64,000 nt of DNA from Alphaproteobacteria bacterium. GTDB taxonomy: Bacteria; Pseudomonadota; Alphaproteobacteria; CAAHEQ01; UBA3637. The notes beneath the pieces are model-generated. The model ran no database searches, was not told the origin of the DNA, and saw only the letters and a list, made by a program, of their open reading frames with translations. The stretch covers positions 1 through 64,000 of the forward strand of contig JAZUQR010000008.1 of the NCBI GenBank assembly GCA_045605805.1. Direction: 5' to 3'. Below are positions 40,371-49,814 of the stretch, piece after piece (position 1 is the first letter of the stretch; each line of letters starts with the position of its first letter). Both the position numbers and the translations under genes were made by a program.

Positions 40371-41477
40371 ATGCCAAATATGCAAGAGCGGCTGGAAACA
40401 GCCATTGAGAGGACTGAAACAGATTCCTCGCTATTTCATGACATGGTGCATGGGACCGATACAGAAACGGTAACAACCGAAAACGGCGAAGTTCCGACAG
40501 TTGCAAAGGCTCTTAAAGATGTGCGAGACGAGCTGTACGGACAGACTTCAAGCCTGGTCAATATGGCACAAGCGGCGGCAAGCGATGCGGCGAACTCCGT
40601 TTTGCTTGCTCAGGCTGAAGTCCAAAATGCCAAGGCCGAAGTCGTCAACACACGTCAGGAAGGTCAAAGAGCAAAGGAAGAACTCGAAGCCGCCGGTGCC
40701 AATTTCATTTCGCTTGCGCAGGCTGAAGTGGCAAATGCTCAGGCTGAGGTTGTGAACGCACAATTAGAGGTTCAAAAAGCTAAAGATGAAGTCGAAAACG
40801 CAAAGGCTGAAGTGCAAAACGCCAAAAATGAGGTGCTGAACGCTAAAGCAGAAGTGGTCAACGCTCAAACAGAGGTCGCCAATGCTCACACCGAATTTTT
40901 GAATGCACAAGGTGAAGTGGCCAAAGCGGCTCAGGAAGTCGTCAAAGCCAAGGCCGAAGTGGCAAATGCGCAAGCCGAGGTTATCAATGCACAAACGGAA
41001 GTTCAAAACGCAAAAGATGAAGTCGATAATGCAAAAGCCGAGGTACAGAACGCAAAGGCAGAGGTTCAAAACGCTAAAGCCGAAGTAGAAAAAGCGCGGA
41101 TTTGGTCTGAAGGAACAGATACGGAAGTTTCGGGCCAAGGCGGAACGCACTCTTGCCGAGAATGGGTGAATTTGGCCCGTCAGGCAACCGTTGGTAGTTT
41201 TCCAATGTCAAAAACAGGTATCGCTACGGCAAACCAAACAAACTTGCCGCTTAACCTCAGCACACCGCTAAACAGTGATGAACAAATTCTGTGCGTTATC
41301 GTAGAAAACACAGCACTTCTTCCGGAAAACTATACGTTGGCGGCTGGCGGACAAGCAGTTGTTCTTGCCAATCCGTTATCAGCCGGCGAGCGATGGTGCG
41401 TGAAATGCTTGTACGACCTGCAATCCATGGGCGGCGTTATCGACTGTGTAGTTTATGAAGTAGAAGGAGATGCTTAA
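40371..41477 (+). CDS. coiled-coil tail fibre/structural protein with heptad repeats
   Basis: N-terminal VHG...TENGEVPTVAK followed by >20 A(K/Q)AEV(Q/V/A)N heptads. Confidence 0.7.
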   Translation: MPNMQERLETAIERTETDSSLFHDMVHGTDTETVTTENGEVPTVAKALKDVRDELYGQTSSLVNMAQAAASDAANSVLLAQAEVQNAKAEVVNTRQEGQRAKEELEAAGANFISLAQAEVANAQAEVVNAQLEVQKAKDEVENAKAEVQNAKNEVLNAKAEVVNAQTEVANAHTEFLNAQGEVAKAAQEVVKAKAEVANAQAEVINAQTEVQNAKDEVDNAKAEVQNAKAEVQNAKAEVEKARIWSEGTDTEVSGQGGTHSCREWVNLARQATVGSFPMSKTGIATANQTNLPLNLSTPLNSDEQILCVIVENTALLPENYTLAAGGQAVVLANPLSAGERWCVKCLYDLQSMGGVIDCVVYEVEGDA

Positions 41478-41710
41478 TGACCGATACCAGTAAAATTCCG
41501 GCATCAAGATTTTCTAACGAAAGTTTTGATGTCACACCGCAATCAGGCAGTTCCAATGTTATTTCTTCGGGGGCCGTTTTTGATGCCCTTAAGGATAAGT
41601 TGGGAAAGACTGATACAGCTGCCAAGGCAACTGCCGATGCCGATGGCAATATTATCAACCAAACGTATGCAAAATTGAGCGACATAATCACTTTTGAATA
41701 CGAAGATTAA
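41477..41710 (+). CDS. small tail-associated protein
   Basis: Contains AAKATADADGNIINQTY. Confidence 0.6.
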   Translation: MTDTSKIPASRFSNESFDVTPQSGSSNVISSGAVFDALKDKLGKTDTAAKATADADGNIINQTYAKLSDIITFEYED

Positions 41711-41732
41711 CTTTAAGAAAGGAAAATTTAAC

Positions 41733-42506
41733 ATGGCAACAAAAAGAATAAAACTTAAAAACGCAACCGGTGACTATTTGGAACCGTATACAACCAATGT
41801 TCCGGACGCAACAACTTCCGCTAAAGGTGTCGTTCAACTTGAAACAACGCCCACAGCGAACTCCTCAAAAGTCCTGACATCCGGAGCAGTCAAAACTGCC
41901 TTGGATGGTAAATTAGGCACATCTGCAACAGCCGCCAAGGCTACAGCCGATGCCAGTGGCAATACGATTACATCAACGTATGCCACAAAAACAGAAGTTC
42001 AAACGGCTCAAACAACAGCCAATGAAGCAAAAAGCATTGCTGAAGGTCGTGTACGTGCGACTGCCTATGCTGATTATCAGGCTATGATTACAGCTTTGAA
42101 TGCGGCATCCGCCACAGACTTCAAAGTTGGTGACAACATCTTTATTCAGGCAAAAAATGTTCCTGATTTGTGGATTTACTCGGTTGAAAGTTCAAGCTCA
42201 ACCTATACTTACACAACAGATGATGCGCTGGTTGCGGCCATTCAATCTGCCGGCTTTGTTCAGATCGGCTACTATAAAGTGGCTGTTCTTGAAACCGAAA
42301 AGGTTGATCTGACGAACTATGTGCCAGCCACAAGAACGGTAAATGGTAAAGCATTGTCAACTAACATCACGCTTTCAGCCGCTGACGTTGGTGCATTAGC
42401 CTCAACCGGAACCGCTGCAAAAGCAACCGCTGATGCAGACGGGAATACAATTTCAACAACATACTTAAAAATATCTAACGCGATTTCTTATGAAGAAATG
42501 GCTTAA
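41733..42506 (+). CDS. tail fibre-like protein
   Basis: ATTSAKGVVQL and VPATRTVNGKALS fibre motifs. Confidence 0.7.
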   Translation: MATKRIKLKNATGDYLEPYTTNVPDATTSAKGVVQLETTPTANSSKVLTSGAVKTALDGKLGTSATAAKATADASGNTITSTYATKTEVQTAQTTANEAKSIAEGRVRATAYADYQAMITALNAASATDFKVGDNIFIQAKNVPDLWIYSVESSSSTYTYTTDDALVAAIQSAGFVQIGYYKVAVLETEKVDLTNYVPATRTVNGKALSTNITLSAADVGALASTGTAAKATADADGNTISTTYLKISNAISYEEMA

Positions 42507-42519
42507 AAAGGAGTAATAC

Positions 42520-44028
42520 ATGGCAAACAAAAACGTGAAGCTTAAAAACCTGAACGGGGATTATCTGTACCCATATACGGATAATCTACCGACAGGATCT
42601 GCATCGGTCGCTGGCAAAGTAAGAGTGGATTCAAGTCCAACTTCAGGTTCTAGTAATGCCATTTCCTCAGGGGCGGTTTATACCGCCCTTGCAGGTAAAT
42701 TAGGCACAACAGAGACAGCGGCCAAAGCAACTGCTGATGCAAGCGGAAATAATATCGCGAACACTTATCTTAAGAAAACAGAGACAGCGGCCAAAGCAAC
42801 TGCTGATGCTGATGGTAACAATATCGCCAGCACATATTTGAAGAAATCTGAAGAAGGTCGAGGCGGTCTTGGTCTTCTGTCTGCACAACTCCGGAAAGCA
42901 TATGCGTGGACATGGTCACAAACTTTAACAAGTGGTCAGGTGCAGATAATTTATTACAATAGCGGGTATAAGTTAATAGCTCCCATTGCGTGTAACAGCT
43001 TCTACAAATACGGCGGAAACTACATTGTAATAGATGGAAAGCTCTATTATTTGAATAGTTATGGCGGTACATTAACTCAATTTGGAACTGATACCAATTA
43101 TAAAGCCGCTATGCAAAACGTTGCAATTAAGGGAACTGGTATTTACTTTGTTGGTAGCACAACCTATGCAAAATGGATAGATCAAGGTGGCACATGGACA
43201 GACATAGGATATGGCTTTGGTATTAAAAATGGTACCCTAGGTGCTTTTGGAACCCAATCCAATACAGGTGCCGCGATCGCATGGGGAATAATTGACAGTG
43301 GTGGTGTTTGGACTCAAATTATAACATCCGGCAATGGTTATTGTGTCGGTCTAAGGGACGGGTATGCCTATTATGCAACCAGCCAGGGTTCAAATGGGAC
43401 AATGATTATCGGGCATCTTGTGCAGTTGGCATCAAAAACCGATTATACCCTTTACGGCGGAAACTCAAACTATATTTATGCTTGCAATGGCAATACCTGT
43501 GACGTGTATCCGATTAATTCAATTGTCAATGGTTATACAACGGGGCCATCTACTACATATACATTCCCCGCCAATATTGTGCAAATTTCTGATAGTTATT
43601 TTCTGCTTGAAGACGGTAGGATGTACAGTAATCAAAGCCTTATCACTTCAGATGTAATTGCACTAGGATCAGGATTCTTCTTGAAGGAAGATGGTGTTTA
43701 TGTTTTATCAACAAGAGTATTTGCAATTGATGGTTCTTTTCAGACCATGTCCGGAAATATATTGTTTTCCGGGGCCGGTTCAATCCAAAGGTCAACAGTT
43801 TACACTGTTGAAAATCCGGCGACAAATTACATTGCCTACAAGAAAGTGAGCCTCCAGGATGCTTCAACAATTACAGCCACAACATCGACAACCGTTACGG
43901 CTGGCGGAACAACGTATACAAGGGATCTAAGTAAGGATTCCACATTTACACAGCCACCGGACGATTTGAAAAAACAAACCCCAACCAAGTGGCAATTTTT
44001 GGAAATGATCAGCAATATAGGAGATTAA
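42520..44028 (+). CDS. tail fibre / receptor-binding protein candidate
   Basis: Shared fibre motifs at the N-terminus, then a G/Y/T-rich beta domain. Confidence 0.65.
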   Translation: MANKNVKLKNLNGDYLYPYTDNLPTGSASVAGKVRVDSSPTSGSSNAISSGAVYTALAGKLGTTETAAKATADASGNNIANTYLKKTETAAKATADADGNNIASTYLKKSEEGRGGLGLLSAQLRKAYAWTWSQTLTSGQVQIIYYNSGYKLIAPIACNSFYKYGGNYIVIDGKLYYLNSYGGTLTQFGTDTNYKAAMQNVAIKGTGIYFVGSTTYAKWIDQGGTWTDIGYGFGIKNGTLGAFGTQSNTGAAIAWGIIDSGGVWTQIITSGNGYCVGLRDGYAYYATSQGSNGTMIIGHLVQLASKTDYTLYGGNSNYIYACNGNTCDVYPINSIVNGYTTGPSTTYTFPANIVQISDSYFLLEDGRMYSNQSLITSDVIALGSGFFLKEDGVYVLSTRVFAIDGSFQTMSGNILFSGAGSIQRSTVYTVENPATNYIAYKKVSLQDASTITATTSTTVTAGGTTYTRDLSKDSTFTQPPDDLKKQTPTKWQFLEMISNIGD

Positions 44029-44029
44029 A

Positions 44030-44239
44030 ATGACTGTTTATCACAAACTAATCAATGGCTTTATACTTAACAATTATGAATTAGGCGATATTACCGAAGA
44101 GGAAGCATTCGCACAAGGCTATAAAACGATCAATGAGCCACCACAAGACGGCGAGGCTTATTGTGCCGAAAGCTTCAATGAGGGAGAACATCACATTGAG
44201 GTAAAATGGGTCGAATTCAAGGTTCCGGAGGAACAATGA
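44030..44239 (+). CDS. small phage protein (possible fibre chaperone)
   Basis: RBS; follows the fibre gene. Confidence 0.5.
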   Translation: MTVYHKLINGFILNNYELGDITEEEAFAQGYKTINEPPQDGEAYCAESFNEGEHHIEVKWVEFKVPEEQ

Positions 44240-44778
44240 CCGACAACACACTTTCGGAAGCATTAAAGGAAGCGTACGCCTCGGCCCCGAGTGATGTGAT
44301 TTTGTTGCACACCTTGGAACTGAGGCACCCGACCTTTATTGATGACAACGGTAATCCGACAGCTATCCGGGTTGTGCGGGACCATATAAACCACACCTGT
44401 ACGCTTGAAAACTCGGCTCCGCTTAACCCGGGCCAACCCGTTGAGTTCATCGCCATGGCCTTTGATTTGGAATTACCACCGGTCAATAACACGCCGACAC
44501 CTGAAATTTCGGTCACGATTGATAACGTTTCAACAGAGATGATCTCTTATCTTGACCGGGCCGTAGAAACTCAGGACATGATTGAGCTGACATATCGGCC
44601 ATATCTGTCTGATGACCTGACAACCCCGCAAATGGACCCGCCGATAACCTTGGTTATTACCGATATTCACGTGGACTGCTATAAAATTACAGCAACAGCC
44701 CGCATGATGGACATCGGCAACCGGTCCTTTCCGGGCGAGAATTACACCGTTAAAAAATATCCGGGATTAACACGATGA
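44236..44778 (+). CDS. DUF1833 tail tip protein
   Basis: ALKEAYASAP...LHTLELRHP...YRPYLS..L. Confidence 0.8.
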   Translation: MTDNTLSEALKEAYASAPSDVILLHTLELRHPTFIDDNGNPTAIRVVRDHINHTCTLENSAPLNPGQPVEFIAMAFDLELPPVNNTPTPEISVTIDNVSTEMISYLDRAVETQDMIELTYRPYLSDDLTTPQMDPPITLVITDIHVDCYKITATARMMDIGNRSFPGENYTVKKYPGLTR

Positions 44779-45179
44779 CACATTTTGCTTGCAAATATAT
44801 TGGTAAACCATGGGTGGCCGGCGCACAAGGCCCTGACCAGTTTGACTGTTGGGGAATGGTGCGCTGGATCCTTAAATATGAGTACGGCGTAGATGTGCCG
44901 GCGGTCAATGTCAATCCGGACAACTTAAGGAGTGTTTTGATCGCCTTTCGAGAGGATCCTGCTTTTCGGGCCTTTAAGGAAGTTCAAACACCGCAAGACG
45001 GCGATGTCGTTCTGCTTCGTCAATCAAAACATCCGGTTCATGCCGGCTTATGGCTTGATGCAGACGGCGGTGGAATTTTACATTGTTGCCGCGATGGCGG
45101 TGTTGTTTTTCAGGATTTGCCATCTATGCGCCTGTGCGGGTGGCAAATTGACAGCTATTACCGAGTAAAAGGAAAATAA
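44775..45179 (+). CDS. NlpC/P60 tail peptidase
   Basis: YIGKPW...FDCWG...HAG. Confidence 0.88.
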   Translation: MTHFACKYIGKPWVAGAQGPDQFDCWGMVRWILKYEYGVDVPAVNVNPDNLRSVLIAFREDPAFRAFKEVQTPQDGDVVLLRQSKHPVHAGLWLDADGGGILHCCRDGGVVFQDLPSMRLCGWQIDSYYRVKGK

Positions 45180-47414
45180 ATGATTTACTTTTCACATATT
45201 ACAAACCCTTTTCAGCCGAATAAGGGTCGGATAGATCGTGTCCTTGACGAAGGGAAAACGGTCTGGCAACTGGTCGAAGAACAGAAAGTTGACTTGAAAC
45301 GCCCGACAATTTGTATGATCAACGGTGGTGCAGTCCTCAGAAAGTTTTGGAACGACCTTGTTCAGCCAGATTCGCTTGTTTGCTTTATCACGCTTCCGGA
45401 AGGCGGTGGCGGCGGTAAATCCTCAAATCCAGTTCAGGTTGTTTTAATGGTCGCGGTTGTTGTTGCTTCCGTTTATACCGGTGGTGCTGTGGCGGCGGCC
45501 TATGGTGCTGTTTGGGGTGGTGTTGCGGCGGCGGCAGTTTCCATTGGCGGAAGCTTTCTTGTCAACACATTCGTTCCACCACCTAAGGCCTCTCTTAACG
45601 GGTCCGGCTCGGCCAACTCAATAGCGGCACAAAGTCCGACTTATTCCTTGCAAGCACAAGGTAATCAGGCCCGGCTTGGCAGTCCGATACCGGTTATTTA
45701 TGGCCGACACCTGATTTATCCGGATTTTGCCAGTCAGCCTTATTACGGCTATGCAAACGATGAACAATACACTTATCAAGTGCACTGCATCGGCCAAGGC
45801 TACTATGACATCGAGAAAATCCGGATTGAGGACACGCCAATCAGCTCGTTTGAAGAGATAACATATCAGATTATCAATCCGGGCGAGAAGAACACGCTCT
45901 TTCGTGATGATGTGGTAACTTCGCCGGAGGTTGCCGGACAAGAGCTTTTGAAAGGAAACACGATCGGGCCGTTTGTCTTAAACCCGACCGAAAGTGAAAT
46001 TGACCGGGTGGAAATTGATGTTGCTTGTCAGCGCGGCCTTTATTACGCAAATGACAGCGGCGGCCTGAACACAAAATCGGTTCAATGGCGCGTTGATGCC
46101 CGAAAAATTGATGATGAGGATAATCCCTTGGGTGACTGGTTCACTCTCGGGACCGAAACATTGTCAGCCAATACGGTCAACGGTCTTTACCGGACATATG
46201 GTTATTCGGTGGCAAAAGGCAGATACGAAGTCCGGGCCACACGTTTAGATGATAAAGATACATCTTCACGCGCTGGACATGAACTCCGTTGGGCCTCGGC
46301 AAAAGGCTTTATTGTATCAAATCCGAGTTACGGCGACGTAACCTTGCTCGCCATTAAGATGAAAGCCACAAATAACCTGTCGCAACGTTCAAGCCGTATG
46401 GTTAACTGTATTGTGACAAGGAAGTTGCCGACCTGGTCACCGTCTGGTGGCTGGACCGGCAGAGTGCCGACACGCTCTATCGCCTGGGCAATAGCCGACA
46501 TCTTAAAAGCTAACTATGGTGCAAGACTGACTGACAAGTCCATAGATCTTGAAGGTTTATACCGGCTGGATCAGATTTGGGCCGCACGGGGTGATACGTT
46601 TAATGCCGTCTTTGATTCCAAATTGACGGTTTATGATGCCTTGTCGCGAACCTGCAAAGTCGGACGTTCCGTTCCCTACATTCAAGGCGGCATTGTTCGC
46701 TTTGTCCGGGATGAGCCAAAATCAATACCGGTTGCATTGTTCGGGCCAAGAAACATCGTCAAAAACAGCCTGACAATTCAATACATCATGCCCTCTGAAG
46801 ATACAGCGGACAGCGTTTGTGTTCAGTATTTTTCGGACCGAACTTGGAAGAACTCAGAGATAACCGGCAGTTTTGAAGGCTCCACCTCAGATAAGACGGC
46901 AACGGTTGAGCTTTTCGGTTGTACCGATAAAAACCAAGCTCTCCGGGAGGCCATCTATATGGCGTTGGCTAACCGATATCGCCGGCGAATTGTGACATTT
47001 TCAACCGAATTGGAAGGTCTGATCCCGAGCTATGGGGATTTGATTTCCATTACGCATGATATGCCGCATTGGGGTTCAGGTGGTGAAATCCTGTCAAAAA
47101 ATGACATGACTTTAACGCTATCCGAGCCGGTTGAGTTTACCGAGGGCCAAACTCACTATTTGGCTTTAAGAACTCGAACCGGGGAACTATCAGGACCGTA
47201 CCGGGTAAAAGCCGGTTCGCTTCCGACTGAGGTTATTTTGCTAGATACTCCCGATATTCCTATCGATACCGGGACCGATGCAGAACGAACTCATTTTGCC
47301 TTTGGAACTCAAGACAAATGGGGAACATTAGCTCGTGTGACAGGGATTAAACCACGCTCCGGCAAGGTTGAAATTACCGCCGTCATTGAGGACAACAGAG
47401 TTCACGCCAATTAA
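45180..47414 (+). CDS. host specificity / tail tip protein J (TipJ)
   Basis: NQARLGSPIPVIYG, TRSIAWA, FVRDEP motifs. Confidence 0.88.
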   Translation: MIYFSHITNPFQPNKGRIDRVLDEGKTVWQLVEEQKVDLKRPTICMINGGAVLRKFWNDLVQPDSLVCFITLPEGGGGGKSSNPVQVVLMVAVVVASVYTGGAVAAAYGAVWGGVAAAAVSIGGSFLVNTFVPPPKASLNGSGSANSIAAQSPTYSLQAQGNQARLGSPIPVIYGRHLIYPDFASQPYYGYANDEQYTYQVHCIGQGYYDIEKIRIEDTPISSFEEITYQIINPGEKNTLFRDDVVTSPEVAGQELLKGNTIGPFVLNPTESEIDRVEIDVACQRGLYYANDSGGLNTKSVQWRVDARKIDDEDNPLGDWFTLGTETLSANTVNGLYRTYGYSVAKGRYEVRATRLDDKDTSSRAGHELRWASAKGFIVSNPSYGDVTLLAIKMKATNNLSQRSSRMVNCIVTRKLPTWSPSGGWTGRVPTRSIAWAIADILKANYGARLTDKSIDLEGLYRLDQIWAARGDTFNAVFDSKLTVYDALSRTCKVGRSVPYIQGGIVRFVRDEPKSIPVALFGPRNIVKNSLTIQYIMPSEDTADSVCVQYFSDRTWKNSEITGSFEGSTSDKTATVELFGCTDKNQALREAIYMALANRYRRRIVTFSTELEGLIPSYGDLISITHDMPHWGSGGEILSKNDMTLTLSEPVEFTEGQTHYLALRTRTGELSGPYRVKAGSLPTEVILLDTPDIPIDTGTDAERTHFAFGTQDKWGTLARVTGIKPRSGKVEITAVIEDNRVHAN

Positions 47415-47427
47415 GAAAGGACACATC

Positions 47428-47670
47428 ATGGATTGGATTCAATTTTTACAGATCATCTGCGTACCGGCCTTTGGCTGGTTTTTTTATAAGCTCGGCGAAC
47501 AGCGCAAAGAATTAAAAACTCTTGAGCGCGACCTCAACGAGTTCAAAGTTGCGGTGGCCAAAGAGTATGCCACTCAGGTTAACATCAATCGCCTGGAGAC
47601 AAAGATTGATGAATTACATCAGCTTTTATGGGAGATGCACAATGAACACACCTCGCGGCATAAGAAATAA
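47428..47670 (+). CDS. membrane-anchored coiled-coil protein of the lysis module
   Basis: N-terminal TM segment then coiled coil. Confidence 0.6.
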   Translation: MDWIQFLQIICVPAFGWFFYKLGEQRKELKTLERDLNEFKVAVAKEYATQVNINRLETKIDELHQLLWEMHNEHTSRHKK

Positions 47671-48049
47671 TAACCCCGGAAATATCCGGTGGGGATCGGA
47701 CTGGAAAGGATTAAAAAAGGACGGAAAGCAACAGGATCCGTCCTTTTGTGTATTTGAAACGCCTGAATATGGTATCCGGGCGTTGGCCAAATTACTCCGG
47801 AACTATCAGCGGCTTTATGGCCTGAACACGCCTTATCGGATAATCAGCCGGTACGCGCCACCGACCGAAAACGAAACAGTTTCATATATTGACAGCGTTT
47901 CGTGGCAACTGAACATCACGCCGGACACGCCGGTCGACCTTTCGGAAGATGGTGTTTTGATGGTGTTTATAAAAGCAATCATTAGACATGAGAACGGCAT
48001 ACAACCATACTCTAATGAAACTCTATTGAAAGGAATTCAAATGGCATGA
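47642..48049 (+). CDS. lysozyme-like endolysin/virion protein
   Basis: RGIRNNNPGNIR...YGIRA...RYAPP.EN...HENG. Confidence 0.8.
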   Translation: MNTPRGIRNNNPGNIRWGSDWKGLKKDGKQQDPSFCVFETPEYGIRALAKLLRNYQRLYGLNTPYRIISRYAPPTENETVSYIDSVSWQLNITPDTPVDLSEDGVLMVFIKAIIRHENGIQPYSNETLLKGIQMA

Positions 48050-48264
48050 AAAAGCGGCTTTGGATCCCGGTCCTCGGGTGGATCCTGTGCTACGGGTTTC
48101 TGCACAACTGCCTGATTTCGCCTATAACAGGCCTGCCGGTAGTGGACTGGGAGTATTTATTAACGGCCATGGGCATTTTACTCGGTGTCAGTGGCGTACG
48201 AGATATTGGGTTAAAGGAAAGGAAAAAACAAGATGTGGTATCAGATAACAAACCTTTGGAATAA
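48046..48264 (+). CDS. holin-like membrane protein
   Basis: Two TM helices and a basic tail. Confidence 0.6.
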   Translation: MKKRLWIPVLGWILCYGFLHNCLISPITGLPVVDWEYLLTAMGILLGVSGVRDIGLKERKKQDVVSDNKPLE

Positions 48265-48454
48265 AGGTAAATACTGGATAATTGCCGGAGCGGTGGCCGT
48301 TTTATACATACTCGGCTATCGGCGCGGCAAGGAAAAAGAACAAGTCAAAGTAATGAAAGGAACGGTGGACAATGTTAAAACAGCTAAGAATAGTCGGGAC
48401 AGCCTGGCTGATCCTGAGCGCGTTAAGCGGTTGCACAACAAATATAAACGGTGA
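48233..48454 (+). CDS. i-spanin-like (Rz-like) protein
   Basis: Single TM then a charged helix. Confidence 0.5.
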   Translation: MWYQITNLWNKGKYWIIAGAVAVLYILGYRRGKEKEQVKVMKGTVDNVKTAKNSRDSLADPERVKRLHNKYKR

Positions 48455-48566
48455 TTTTTGCCTTTTATATGAACCGGTGTATGCCGATTATGAGCATGAT
48501 ACCCCGGAAACGGTCCGTCAAATTGATAGAAACAATGTGATTTACGATGATTTATGTACAAATTAA
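48372..48566 (+). CDS. o-spanin-like lipoprotein (Rz1-like), overlapping the previous gene
   Basis: Lipobox LSGC, overlapping frame. Confidence 0.55.
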   Translation: MLKQLRIVGTAWLILSALSGCTTNINGDFCLLYEPVYADYEHDTPETVRQIDRNNVIYDDLCTN

Positions 48567-48663
48567 AAGATTTTGTTTGACTTTTCTTGCAAAAATGGCT
48601 CGAATCATAAGCGGAGGTGTCATGAACCTCTGTAATCTTAATATTAAGAAAGGAAAATTAAAC

Positions 48664-48936
48664 ATGAATAAAACTGAATTTGTTGAAGCAGTTGCTAAAG
48701 AAGCTAAAGCCTCTAAAGCCGCCGCAAATGAATTGGTAAACGCTGTTGTAGCTGTTGTTACAAAAGCATTGAAAAAAGGTGAATCAGTTCAAATCACTGG
48801 TTTCGGTACATTTGAAGTAGCAAAACGCGCCGCTCGTAAAGGTCGCAATCCTGCTACCGGTAAAGAAATCAAAATCCCGGCATCAAAAGCTCCTAAGTTC
48901 AAAGCCGGCGCAGTCTTGAAAAAAGCTGTAAAATAA
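48664..48936 (+). CDS. hup: DNA-binding protein HU (prophage-borne copy)
   Basis: MNKTEFVEAVA...GFGTF...RKGRNPATG...PKFKAG. Confidence 0.95.
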   Translation: MNKTEFVEAVAKEAKASKAAANELVNAVVAVVTKALKKGESVQITGFGTFEVAKRAARKGRNPATGKEIKIPASKAPKFKAGAVLKKAVK

Positions 48937-48955
48937 GCCAAATTTGTCTTAATAT

Positions 48956-48986
48956 ACCTCACAGGTTCTATCCCGTGAGGTTTTTT
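48956..48986 (+). terminator. intrinsic terminator
   Basis: ACCTCACAGG...CCCGTGAGGT-TTTTT. Confidence 0.7.
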
Positions 48987-48987
48987 G

Positions 48988-49016
48988 TTGCATTTTAATC
49001 TGCCATGGGTTATAAT
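48988..49016 (+). promoter_or_regulatory. sigma70-like promoter
   Basis: TTGCAT-17 nt-TATAAT. Confidence 0.65.
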
Positions 49017-49022
49017 GACCGA

Positions 49023-49262
49023 GCTTGGTTAGTTATGCCCAATCAGGCTAGGATTCGATAAATCCGATTATCAGTATGGGCAGAAGGTATTTCTGTCGGC
49101 ATCCGCCATGGATACGCCGAAAGATTGTGTTAGTTCATGGGTGGATGCCTGCCGAATAAGGTATCCACCCCAATAAGGCAGGACTATTTCTCATACTGAT
49201 AATAGTTTATCGACATCCACCCGCCTCATCACAGGTGGGTAAATTGTTGATATGGGGCGTAT
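49023..49262 (+). ncRNA. putative structured RNA / leader of unknown family
   Basis: Nested stems: TCGATAAA/TTTATCGA, ATTATCAGTATG/CATACTGATAAT, GGGTGGATGCCT/AGGTATCCACCC, ACCCGCCT/AGGTGGGT. Confidence 0.55.
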
Positions 49263-49274
49263 GAAGGGTGGATC

Positions 49275-49715
49275 ATGGGCAAGATATGCTCGTTTTTTGG
49301 ACACAGTCATTTATATGGACAATCGGACCGTATTGCCCAACAATTAAGGCAAGTCATTATCAATTTAATCGGACAAGGTGTTGATACCTTTTACGTTGGC
49401 AATCATGGTGAGTTTGATATTTTTGCCAGCCGGGTAGCCTATGATCTGAAAAGTTTATATCCTAACATCCAAATCATTGTTGTTTTATGTTATCCAAATG
49501 AGTTGCAATACTTAAAATGTGCCTTCACGGATTTTTTGATGCCTCCGGAAATAGAAGCGGCCCCCAAACGGGCTTGCATTGTAACTCGCAATCATTGGGT
49601 TGCTGATAATTCTGACTACATCGTCTGCTTTATCAAATACAAAATGGGTGGAGCCTATGCGGCTATCGAATACGCCCAAAAGCACCATAAACAGATTATA
49701 GAGGTGAGAGCATGA
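49275..49715 (+). CDS. SLOG-superfamily (YspA/DUF1273-like) protein
   Basis: CSFFGHS, FYVGNHGEFD, RNHWVADNSD, GGAYAAIEYA. Confidence 0.8.
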   Translation: MGKICSFFGHSHLYGQSDRIAQQLRQVIINLIGQGVDTFYVGNHGEFDIFASRVAYDLKSLYPNIQIIVVLCYPNELQYLKCAFTDFLMPPEIEAAPKRACIVTRNHWVADNSDYIVCFIKYKMGGAYAAIEYAQKHHKQIIEVRA

Positions 49716-49814
49716 ACCAAGCAGGCATACGTCACATTTGGGCTGAACGGTTGACTTCGCAAGGGAAGACGGATAAAATTGGCCCGGTAAAAACTCATAA
49801 AGAATGGTGTAAAA

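Larger units (their letters stand above)
15590..48990 (+). mobile_element. lambda-like siphoviral prophage (boundaries approximate; may extend right over the DGR and RM cargo)
   Basis: Serine recombinase, replication, cos, terminase, portal, S49 protease, capsid D/E, tail and lysis genes in canonical order. Confidence 0.9.

Noticed and set aside
40371-47414. A second VR in the prophage tail or fibre genes
   Set aside because: By eye I found no copy of the invariant TR segments (GCCTCTTGGTCCGCG, TCTCGGCGCGCCCC) there; remote targets outside the window are not excluded
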